Virus record (IMG/VR): IMGVR_UViG_3300022178_004562
Location: 1-57,144 of that record
Origin: a virus
Lineage: Duplodnaviria; Caudoviricetes
Strand: one strand, 5' to 3'
DNA length: 57,144 bases
Below, piece by piece: positions 46,590 through 54,814 of this stretch. The notes beneath the pieces are model-generated. The model saw only the letters and a list, made by a program, of their open reading frames with translations, was not told the DNA's origin and searched no databases. Position 1 is the stretch's first letter. Every line of letters begins with the position of its first letter. A program made the translations under genes and the position numbers.

Positions 46590-47840
46590 TTACAGATCTA
46601 GGTCTGTTTTTTTAAAATCTTTTAAATTCTTGACTACTTTTGATAGATCCCCGATCTTACCAATAATAAATTCTTTTGATGCTACACCCAAATTTATCTT
46701 ACCACTACGTTGTATATACAAAGGTAATACATCACTTTTATTGGAAGATTTAACCGTATAGAATCCACCCCATACATCGTTACCTATGAGTCCTTTTTTC
46801 ATTGGCTTGTACTTGAGTACTTTAATTCCCGACATTTTCATGGCCTTGAGCAAAAAATCTTTTATTTCGTGTTCGTCTGCATTTATTCCCGAACGTCCTG
46901 GCATTACGTTTAATGCTTCTTGAACTGGTACTATATAAACACCTTTCATCATAGGTAATCCATAAGGATTTTGATTGGTTGAATGATTTTTATTCTTAGT
47001 ATATAAGTTATACACTGTAGCTGGCTTACCATATAGCTTAGCCTTTACTTTTTCAACTTTATAAATCTTGGCGCCGGCTGTTTTTTTCATAGAATTTACT
47101 TTTTTTAAAGCATCTGCTTTAGAATACATTTTCATTCCACCTAATTCTTCTGGTGTTTCATTTATGGATTCATTTGCTTTTTTAAGTGCTATCTTTACTC
47201 GCTTATGGTGTGATAATCCTCTTCTAATTTTTTCAATCCCCTTAATGGCTCCTGTCATATTACCACTCATTGATTTAGCTATTTTTTCTGCCTGTTGAAT
47301 CTGTCGGAGTATATTTTCGTCTAAAGATTCTTCTTCAACATTCATGCTATCTAAATGAGCTTGAATTCTTTTTGCTTGACCCGCATGCATCTTGGAGGCA
47401 CCCTCAAGTTCTTTAACTATTTTCTTTAATTCTGGTATGTCCTCTTTTAGTATTTCTTCATTTACAGATTCTTTCTTAACTTGTCGGCGCATTAAATCTG
47501 CTATTTTCATTAAGGTTTCTTTATCCTTCTTAGTCAACATAGCCATTTGTCTCTCTTTAGCTAACTTTTCAAGCTTTTCAGCTTCCTTCTTCATATCAGA
47601 CTTAGACATGACTTCTCTGACCATTTCTTTAATCTCGCTACGTGTAATTTTCATTGTTGCATTCTCCTTAACGTGCTCTGGCTTCCCTTTGTGTTTGGTG
47701 GAAGCAAAATCTTTTGCTGACTTTTTAGTCATGTTCTTAGCAACCTTTTTGACGGAATTAGGAGCATTTTTCATATCACCTTTATTGTAAGAGTGCACCA
47801 TACCCATAAAACGTTGTTGAGCCTTAGACTTAGCGGGCAT
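46590..47840 (-). CDS. Lys/Glu-rich modular protein with MPAKSKAQQ (DUF3008-like) N-terminus; possible head polyprotein
   Basis: Segments separated by VKE, VNE, LKE, LDE, INE, VQE sites. Confidence 0.65.
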   Translation of the reverse strand: MPAKSKAQQRFMGMVHSYNKGDMKNAPNSVKKVAKNMTKKSAKDFASTKHKGKPEHVKENATMKITRSEIKEMVREVMSKSDMKKEAEKLEKLAKERQMAMLTKKDKETLMKIADLMRRQVKKESVNEEILKEDIPELKKIVKELEGASKMHAGQAKRIQAHLDSMNVEEESLDENILRQIQQAEKIAKSMSGNMTGAIKGIEKIRRGLSHHKRVKIALKKANESINETPEELGGMKMYSKADALKKVNSMKKTAGAKIYKVEKVKAKLYGKPATVYNLYTKNKNHSTNQNPYGLPMMKGVYIVPVQEALNVMPGRSGINADEHEIKDFLLKAMKMSGIKVLKYKPMKKGLIGNDVWGGFYTVKSSNKSDVLPLYIQRSGKINLGVASKEFIIGKIGDLSKVVKNLKDFKKTDLDL

Positions 47841-48006
47841 TATAATCCTTTTGTAAAGTGGTTGATAATTTTACCGAATCCATTGTCCGTAATTCTTCTT
47901 TTAATCTATCTAACTGAGAAGGCTTAACTTCTACGACTCTAACCTTCTTTACAACTTTTTTATTGGGACTACTACCTAACATGATACGTTTGTAAGAGCT
48001 GGACAC
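47830..48006 (-). CDS. Small basic hypothetical protein (58 aa)
   Basis: Not in ORF track; GTG overlaps the protease stop (TAGTG); MSSSYKRIMLGSSPNKKVVKK...DYNAR fills the gap. Confidence 0.5.
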   Translation of the reverse strand: MSSSYKRIMLGSSPNKKVVKKVRVVEVKPSQLDRLKEELRTMDSVKLSTTLQKDYNAR

Positions 48007-48608
48007 TAAGTTCCTCTCATGATATCATTGATAATTGTCTCTACCTTGTTCCATTTATTAATCCGTTTGGATTTATCAACGCCCTCATTCATAGGATACA
48101 TAAACGCTCCATGAGTGGATGGGTTAGATACAAAATCAAATGCTATCAATTCAAAATCATCTTGAACTTCTACAGCATCATCTTCGTGAATTTCTTGTAC
48201 AGATCCCAGACCTCTACTTGATATACCCAACTTGATTCCCGACTTGAATAATTCTTTTAAAATGTTACCACTTGGAGTACTCAAAACTTCAACGGTACCT
48301 ACTAGATCATCATCTTTCCAGTGCATTTCCGTAATATTATGGGATGCATTTTGTAAATTAACTACTGAGCTATCCGGATGGTCTAACTCTCCGAGAGCTC
48401 TACGTTCTTTTATTTGGGTATCCGAGTACTGCTTAGCTTCCCTCATTAAAATATCTCTGGGGTATATTCTACCGTTTTGATTTTTAGCTCCTGCACGCTG
48501 TAAAATGCCTTGTACGATTAATTTTCCATTGTTCTTATCAATGGATTCGTTTATAGCTATGGGCGATACATCAAAATTGATAACATCTACTAATAATTGT
48601 TTGTTCAT
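48006..48608 (-). CDS. Prohead core protease (gp21-like)
   Basis: KNQNGRIYP, ALGELDHP, TPSGNIL, GISSRGLGS, DFVSNPS. Confidence 0.95.
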   Translation of the reverse strand: MNKQLLVDVINFDVSPIAINESIDKNNGKLIVQGILQRAGAKNQNGRIYPRDILMREAKQYSDTQIKERRALGELDHPDSSVVNLQNASHNITEMHWKDDDLVGTVEVLSTPSGNILKELFKSGIKLGISSRGLGSVQEIHEDDAVEVQDDFELIAFDFVSNPSTHGAFMYPMNEGVDKSKRINKWNKVETIINDIMRGT

Positions 48609-48976
48609 TATAAGCCTCCTCTATAAACAAAAGTAACTGCATTAGCGTCATCAAGGTCTCCATCGCGACGACTACCACTCCAAGCTACTGGATTAATATC
48701 TAATCTAATTGGTTCCGCATCCCCATGTACTGTTATTGCTGGCACGTAAGTTTCTCCACCACCCTCTACTCCTCCACTCAACGAACCTTCAGAACATGTA
48801 GTCTCGTATAAAAAGTTAAATGAACCGCTAGTATTAACTATTACATGAGATGCTCTTTCAGCTATTTTGGTTACTGGTACAGCCTTGGCCTGACCAAATG
48901 ATTTTACTGGCGTGGGTGTTGGATATGATTTTGTTGGATCATCTACGCTTTCGCCTCCTACTCCATAGTTTGCCAT
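48608..48976 (-). CDS. Hypothetical (likely structural) protein
   Basis: 122 aa, AGGAG SD, located in the head module. Confidence 0.65.
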   Translation of the reverse strand: MANYGVGGESVDDPTKSYPTPTPVKSFGQAKAVPVTKIAERASHVIVNTSGSFNFLYETTCSEGSLSGGVEGGGETYVPAITVHGDAEPIRLDINPVAWSGSRRDGDLDDANAVTFVYRGGL

Positions 48977-48985
48977 TATGTTCTC

Positions 48986-49279
48986 CTATTTAGCCCATAT
49001 GGCACGTTTAATCCATATGTCTCTAAGTATTGATGCTACTTCCTTTCGGATCATGTCTCGCACCTGTTTTAAATCTTGGTTATCCAAATCTTCAGCTAAT
49101 TTATATCCCGTAGCCTTTAGATATGGCTTTAATTTTTTCTTTTTATCCGACTTGCTTTTACTAAAAGCATATGGAGTGCTGTAGCCAGGAACATCAGCAG
49201 TAGTTGATATCTCTTCCAGTTCAGGTTGTAGATAGCCTCGTATGAGGTCTTTAACTTTTTCTTTTTGCGCCTCTGTCAC
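48986..49279 (-). CDS. Hypothetical protein
   Basis: 97 aa; LEE.STTA.VPGYSTPYAF. Confidence 0.6.
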   Translation of the reverse strand: MTEAQKEKVKDLIRGYLQPELEEISTTADVPGYSTPYAFSKSKSDKKKKLKPYLKATGYKLAEDLDNQDLKQVRDMIRKEVASILRDIWIKRAIWAK

Positions 49280-50132
49280 GTCGTATCAGTTCCTTTTCTA
49301 ATTCATAATATCGCATTACTTGTAAAACAGAACTATCAGCTACCAACTTACCCTCATTTGGTCCACAAAATTTATCTATACTATTTACAGCTTCTTGTAG
49401 CTTGATTTTTGTTATTTTGTGACCTACCTTTGAAATATGTTCGTTTAATGATTTTTTTAAATCACTAACACAACCGTTTATAAATTCTTTTAGTGAATTT
49501 GTATTCGATACGTTATTAATATATTCTTTGAGTAGGTGCTTTTGCTTACCATTGAGATATTGATATTTAGCATTGAATCTTTCTAACAATATCTTATATG
49601 TCAATACTCTAAGCTCGTCACTAGATTGTAGCTTTTTACCAACCGAGTCGTTTAAATTTACTTCAGGAGCTGATGTTATATTTTCAACTAAATTGAAATG
49701 AGTTTCTGTTTTTTCTTCAGGATTCAACTCATCGCCATATTCAAATAGTTTATAAGCTGATGCGTAACTTTTATAGTTAGGTATACTTGAAGATAAGAAC
49801 TCTTGTAAATTGTAATTCTTCTGTATATCTTTAACTAACTGATACTTTTCCTTTCGGAGTTTACTTCGATTAAGTTGTTTGAATGAAGTGCTTACTTCAT
49901 TGATAAAAAATTGAGCCTGCTTATCCGTCTTATATTTTTGATTAACTATCATGTTGTATAGTGTTCGTTCTTTACTAACTTCAGTCTTAGCGTTAAAATA
50001 GTTTTTGGTAATGGATAAAGCCGGACTCTTGGAAGTCTTGTTGAGCACATCCGCAGTAATTTGTCTGACCAGGAACTCAAAGAGTAATCCTGTGTTTTTT
50101 AGCTTATTGTGCTTGACTTTTTTAGATTTCAT
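49251..50132 (-). CDS. Hypothetical head-module protein
   Basis: 293 aa (KHNKLKNTGLLFEFLVRQIT) downstream of portal, preceded by CTACTTATAT. Confidence 0.7.
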   Translation of the reverse strand: MKSKKVKHNKLKNTGLLFEFLVRQITADVLNKTSKSPALSITKNYFNAKTEVSKERTLYNMIVNQKYKTDKQAQFFINEVSTSFKQLNRSKLRKEKYQLVKDIQKNYNLQEFLSSSIPNYKSYASAYKLFEYGDELNPEEKTETHFNLVENITSAPEVNLNDSVGKKLQSSDELRVLTYKILLERFNAKYQYLNGKQKHLLKEYINNVSNTNSLKEFINGCVSDLKKSLNEHISKVGHKITKIKLQEAVNSIDKFCGPNEGKLVADSSVLQVMRYYELEKELIRRDRGAKRKS

Positions 50133-50182
50133 GTATAAGTCCCCAGTTGCTGTGTATACAGTATTTCATATATAAGTAGTAA

Positions 50183-51991
50183 TCAAACATCGTTTTCATC
50201 CTCTAAAAGAATTTGTTCGTTCAGCAAACCCTGTGAACTAGTTGATGTTTTAAACTTTTCCTTCAACTGTTGCAGTAAGCCTTCAGACTTAACTGCTGTA
50301 GCACCTTTGCTCATAGCAAGAGGCGAGCCCCCTTTAAACTCTCTAGCTCCCATACTTTGTCGTTCATACTTGGTTGCATCCTTGAGATCTTGTGCTGATG
50401 ATCTACCTCTATTATCACCGGTATCGTATCTAGGACCTTTTTCAGATCCGCCCCATTCTCCGGTTTCTTCTTCCATATCTTCAGCAGCAGCTCCAGTTTC
50501 TGCAGGATCATTACCCTCAGCTTCTATTTGATCCATTCTAAATGCTTGTTTTTGATCGTTTATAACGCCTTCAAAAATATCAGATTTGTCTTGTTGATTC
50601 ATATCAAATATATTATCATAAACCCAATCACGACTAAATAGTTTATTGTCCATTGCTGCTTGAGCTATCTGTATTTGTCTTTCCATTAATTCTAACTTTT
50701 CTTGTTCATGAATCATAGAAGGATTCTGTAGTTCGAGATTAAAGTCTAGTAATTCAGCATCTTCAAAACCCTGAGCATACAAATGTACTATTGCAATCTT
50801 AGAAAGTTCAGAGACTACTATCTTTTGTAACCTCTCTATAGTACGTGCAAATCTAACATCTTCTGCTGCTAGAGTAGCCTTACTACCTATACTCTCATCA
50901 TAACCAAGAAAAGCCTTTGGAACTTTTAATGATGCCATTAATTTATTTTTTAAATATTCTATATCATCTATAGCTGCATCATTAGATAAACCTGGTAGAG
51001 TTTCTATTTCTGTACCTGAATCCCCTCCTCTGACTGGCAAAAAGTAATCTTCAGTTACGGACTCCATGTTATATCTTAAATTATATTCACCTGTATTTTG
51101 ATCTATGACGGGTATTTTTTTCATTTTGTTAATAATCTTTTGCATGAAATTATCAACTTCATTGGGTGGTATGTTACCAATATCTAATTTGAATACCCTC
51201 TTTTCAGGTGCTCTCATAATCCTATGAATTAACATAGCATCTTCCATAAGAGACAATTGTTTCCAAACTCTTCTACCTCCCTCCAACATAGATTTACCAT
51301 ATGGTAAAAAATTACTATCACTGAGTAATCTAAAATGAGCTATTTCATAATTCTCATACATTTTAGGTTTAGCTGAATTAGGTCTTCTAGAAGATTCATC
51401 TCCAGTTATTTCAAAGTTAATTTTTTTAGGACTTTCTGGATCGTGATCTTCCAACCTTCTCACTTCATAAGGTGATAATGGCTTAACATTCACTACACCA
51501 TACTTATCCATTATATCCATTAATAGGAAAAAATCTCCATACTTTACTAAATTTCTCATCCACGACCATAAATTAAACTCTATGTTCAATATATCATAGA
51601 ATAAATTATGAAGCACTGAATGGAGTTTACTATTGTCTGTTTGGATGGTTAGTATCTCACCATTAATATTATCAATTGTAGATTCATCGCAGTAGATATC
51701 CAAAGCACTACTGATTATAGGATCGGAATCCATAAGCTCATATTCTCTGAATAATTCTGTTCGGGCTACTTCATATGCATTCCTGCTATTTTGCATTGCG
51801 GAATATTGTGAACCAAAACCACTGCCCCCCATAATCTTGCTATATCGATCCACAAAATTGCTAAGTAATCCACTCTGATTAAAGTCTAAATCTTTTACAA
51901 CTAGTCGATTATCACCAGTTTTTCGTATAACTATATTACTTTGTAGTAAATTTCCTAGTCGTTGTAAAATGTTTTCTTTTTCTTGTGCCAT
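50183..51991 (-). CDS. Portal protein (gp20-like)
   Basis: YGKSMLE..R..WKQL.LMEDAMLIHRIMRAPEKRVF.LDIGN, EDYFLPVRG, TEIETLPG. Confidence 0.95.
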   Translation of the reverse strand: MAQEKENILQRLGNLLQSNIVIRKTGDNRLVVKDLDFNQSGLLSNFVDRYSKIMGGSGFGSQYSAMQNSRNAYEVARTELFREYELMDSDPIISSALDIYCDESTIDNINGEILTIQTDNSKLHSVLHNLFYDILNIEFNLWSWMRNLVKYGDFFLLMDIMDKYGVVNVKPLSPYEVRRLEDHDPESPKKINFEITGDESSRRPNSAKPKMYENYEIAHFRLLSDSNFLPYGKSMLEGGRRVWKQLSLMEDAMLIHRIMRAPEKRVFKLDIGNIPPNEVDNFMQKIINKMKKIPVIDQNTGEYNLRYNMESVTEDYFLPVRGGDSGTEIETLPGLSNDAAIDDIEYLKNKLMASLKVPKAFLGYDESIGSKATLAAEDVRFARTIERLQKIVVSELSKIAIVHLYAQGFEDAELLDFNLELQNPSMIHEQEKLELMERQIQIAQAAMDNKLFSRDWVYDNIFDMNQQDKSDIFEGVINDQKQAFRMDQIEAEGNDPAETGAAAEDMEEETGEWGGSEKGPRYDTGDNRGRSSAQDLKDATKYERQSMGAREFKGGSPLAMSKGATAVKSEGLLQQLKEKFKTSTSSQGLLNEQILLEDENDV

Positions 51992-52003
51992 TTAATATCC
52001 TAT

Positions 52004-53590
52004 TTATAATAACCAATCGAGACTTTCTTTTTGTCCCTTTATATTTTGCTCCCATGGATTTTCCTTTCCCGCAGGAGATGTTCTATTACTAAATCCAGCA
52101 TCATGCCCTTGATTTGAATTTAAGATAGAATTCATTGTAGCTTTTTGTAAAGCATCTTTTTCTGATTTTAATCTAAGAGCTGTATCCCTTATCCACAATG
52201 CTATGCTATACGACATTACTAAATCGTCGTTATATCCCTGCATGGCTTGAGGTTTGTTGTTCTTGTATATAAATACAAAAAGTTCTTCTACTAAACGTGT
52301 TGATTTTAATTTTACTAATTTTTCTCTTGTATATTCTTCCATTTTAGCTATTACTAACGGTCTTGTCTTAGCGGAAGTTCCAAACCCGGGTATAAGATTT
52401 TTATCTTCGGATCTATATCTGTTGGTGGTATGTTGTTCAACGTCAATGTACTGTAGATCTTTAGATTGATAGAAAAGGTTTTTATAACCTCGATCTATTA
52501 CTGTTTGTATTGTTGCCCATCCCACATTGTTATTCTCTATCACAAGCAACGCGTCATTATATTTAGTCGAAAGTTCAATTAAAAAGTTACCAAAATCTGT
52601 AGTTCCTAGTTGACCTTTATATTCAGCTACTTGATCCATTGTATCTACTTCAAATACCTGCGTGGCTGAATAATCCGTTCCATCTCCACGTGCTACATCA
52701 GCAACAACTATATATTCCTTTGTATAGTCTGGATAAGACCATATCCAAAGATTTTTATCTACACCACCCTGTTCTACTGGCTCAGCAACTGTTGTTTCCT
52801 TATACCATTGAAGTATCTGTGCATCTACTACTGAATTACCTGAACTTAAAAAGTCAGCGTCGCATTCTTGAGATGCCTTTGTTGGACCTAAAATTTTATC
52901 TTGCTCATCTCTCCACGTTTGGTCCCTATCGGGATGAACTTGCCAAGGTAATTCTATAAAAGAAAATCCATTTGTGCCTTCTATAGCATCAACCCACATT
53001 TTATGAAACCAATTTCCAACACCGTTTGGTGTCGATAACACTATACATCTTCCACCCGTAGCAAGCGTCTGTTGTGCAGCTGTCCATATACTCTCAATTG
53101 TATCAATAAATGCTGCCTCATCAAGTATCAACAGAGATAATGCTTCTGATCGACCAGCTTCTGGTGTAGCAGCAACAGCTTTTATCTGTGAGCCATTGCC
53201 CAATCTAAATGATAACTTATTGTCCTCTTCCACTGTAGTCTTTAACCAAGTGGGTAAATTTTTATACATCACTCTCACTTTAGTAACGAGATTCTTAGCA
53301 GAGTCTTTATCCTTAGCAATCACTAATATGTTTTTATCTTGAAAGAATAACATCGTCCATAGAGCATAACCTGCAGATAATGTACTGATTCCAAGCTGTC
53401 TAGATTTTAAAACTATATTATAGTCATGCTGTCTTAGATCCTGAAGTGATCTCTCTTGGAAATCATATAGATCAAATTTAATCTTACCCTTTTGAGGATG
53501 TTGTATAGTTGCATATTTACGTAAAAAGTGAACGGGATCATCAGATGACTTGAGGTACTCTCTACGGATGGCTTGCTTAATGTCACTCAT
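52004..53590 (-). CDS. terL: Terminase large subunit (gp17-like)
   Basis: KSRQLGIST, LILDEAAF, LSTPNG, ADVARGDG.DYS, DDLVMS. Confidence 0.96.
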   Translation of the reverse strand: MSDIKQAIRREYLKSSDDPVHFLRKYATIQHPQKGKIKFDLYDFQERSLQDLRQHDYNIVLKSRQLGISTLSAGYALWTMLFFQDKNILVIAKDKDSAKNLVTKVRVMYKNLPTWLKTTVEEDNKLSFRLGNGSQIKAVAATPEAGRSEALSLLILDEAAFIDTIESIWTAAQQTLATGGRCIVLSTPNGVGNWFHKMWVDAIEGTNGFSFIELPWQVHPDRDQTWRDEQDKILGPTKASQECDADFLSSGNSVVDAQILQWYKETTVAEPVEQGGVDKNLWIWSYPDYTKEYIVVADVARGDGTDYSATQVFEVDTMDQVAEYKGQLGTTDFGNFLIELSTKYNDALLVIENNNVGWATIQTVIDRGYKNLFYQSKDLQYIDVEQHTTNRYRSEDKNLIPGFGTSAKTRPLVIAKMEEYTREKLVKLKSTRLVEELFVFIYKNNKPQAMQGYNDDLVMSYSIALWIRDTALRLKSEKDALQKATMNSILNSNQGHDAGFSNRTSPAGKENPWEQNIKGQKESLDWLL

Positions 53591-54000
53591 CAGATCTTAC
53601 CTAGAATAACTCCTATTACTAACCACAAGTATTGATTTTCATACCATTTAGGTTGAAGAGCCTTTATCATCTCTTCATTTGCTTTATCTCGTGTTTTTAA
53701 TATTTTAATTTGTCTACTTTTGGCCTCAGATAGAACAAACTCGACGTTAGCATTTTTTTCTATTTCTGCCACTAGACTCTCACACTCGTTGATCACAACG
53801 TTCTTAGATGCTATCAACGAGTCAGCTTTTGCCAACTTACCTTTCCATTGAGCATCACGTGCTTTCAACATTTCAAGTGCTTCAGACTGTGTAAATGATG
53901 CTACTTCCTTGCCATCTTTTTTAATGGTTTGTCCATCTGTCACTGACAATATTAAACCGGTTATTAACAAATATTTTAATATTTTCATATCCATTCTCAT
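53590..54000 (-). CDS. Secreted coiled-coil protein with C-terminal TM helix (spanin-like?)
   Basis: N-terminal signal-like stretch, coiled coil, KWYENQYLWLVIGVILG. Confidence 0.55.
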   Translation of the reverse strand: MRMDMKILKYLLITGLILSVTDGQTIKKDGKEVASFTQSEALEMLKARDAQWKGKLAKADSLIASKNVVINECESLVAEIEKNANVEFVLSEAKSRQIKILKTRDKANEEMIKALQPKWYENQYLWLVIGVILGKI

Positions 54001-54317
54001 TTCTTTTTAGAAAACTTTTTTAAAAAATCTTCTGCTGATTCTATATCGTCTGCCTCATAGGCTTCTTCCATCTTAACAGTTTTTTTCTTAGCTACTGTTA
54101 ATCTTCTCTTGAGTTTTGTGATTTCTTTTTTGTTAGTGGCTTTATCCTGCTCTAAACTTACTATCTCTTTTTCTACTTTAGCCTCTTCTTTTTTAGAATT
54201 CTTTATAACTTTTTTTAATTCTTTGACTTCTTGAGATTTTTTCTGTGAACCCAAAACTATACCCACTATTCCTGCTATTCCAGCCAATATAGCTACAAGT
54301 TTTGTAAAAATTTTCAT
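53997..54317 (-). CDS. N-terminally anchored coiled-coil protein (i-spanin-like?)
   Basis: TM LVAILAGIAGIVGIVLG followed by a Lys/Glu coiled coil. Confidence 0.55.
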   Translation of the reverse strand: MKIFTKLVAILAGIAGIVGIVLGSQKKSQEVKELKKVIKNSKKEEAKVEKEIVSLEQDKATNKKEITKLKRRLTVAKKKTVKMEEAYEADDIESAEDFLKKFSKKK

Positions 54318-54781
54318 TACTTAGCTCCGTTCTTATGTTCGTTAGTTATTGCGTTTGCTATTGTGGGATCAAAATCAGGTAACCTTTCACTTTCACCTCT
54401 TAGTGCATCCGTTAGTTCTTCTGTCACGGATTTCCACCTAGCTTGTTCTTGCTCGTTTACCCAATCGCCCCATTTGTTTATAGTTTTTAAGTGAGCTTCA
54501 AAATTAATCTGGCAGTAGTAGCATCTCGCCATTCTATTCCAGGTATCCTGATCTATTTTCTTTAGAATGAGTTTGTCGCAATCTAGACACTTATCAAAAC
54601 CTCGAGGTGGAATTTTGGTAATTTGTTTTCTTTGATTGTTTTCTATCTTCCACGTTCGTCCTCTAGCATCGGTCCATTCTTCACCTTCCTTTCGTTGACT
54701 TACTGAAGGTGTTTTGTACCCAACTTGGACTTTGGGTTTAAAAAGTTGATTTATTTTATTTTGTACTTTTTCTACTGACAT
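54317..54781 (-). CDS. Hypothetical protein with CxxC...CxxC
   Basis: RKEGEEWTD..G.TW, CLDC...CYYC. Confidence 0.65.
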   Translation of the reverse strand: MSVEKVQNKINQLFKPKVQVGYKTPSVSQRKEGEEWTDARGRTWKIENNQRKQITKIPPRGFDKCLDCDKLILKKIDQDTWNRMARCYYCQINFEAHLKTINKWGDWVNEQEQARWKSVTEELTDALRGESERLPDFDPTIANAITNEHKNGAK

Positions 54782-54814
54782 AACTGCTTCCTGTATACAT
54801 ATATAGTTATATAA

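Noticed and set aside
52001-52008. T4 late promoter TATAAATA upstream of portal
   Set aside because: Single occurrence formed by the terL Leu-stop codons, and too close to the start codon; other late genes use a different motif
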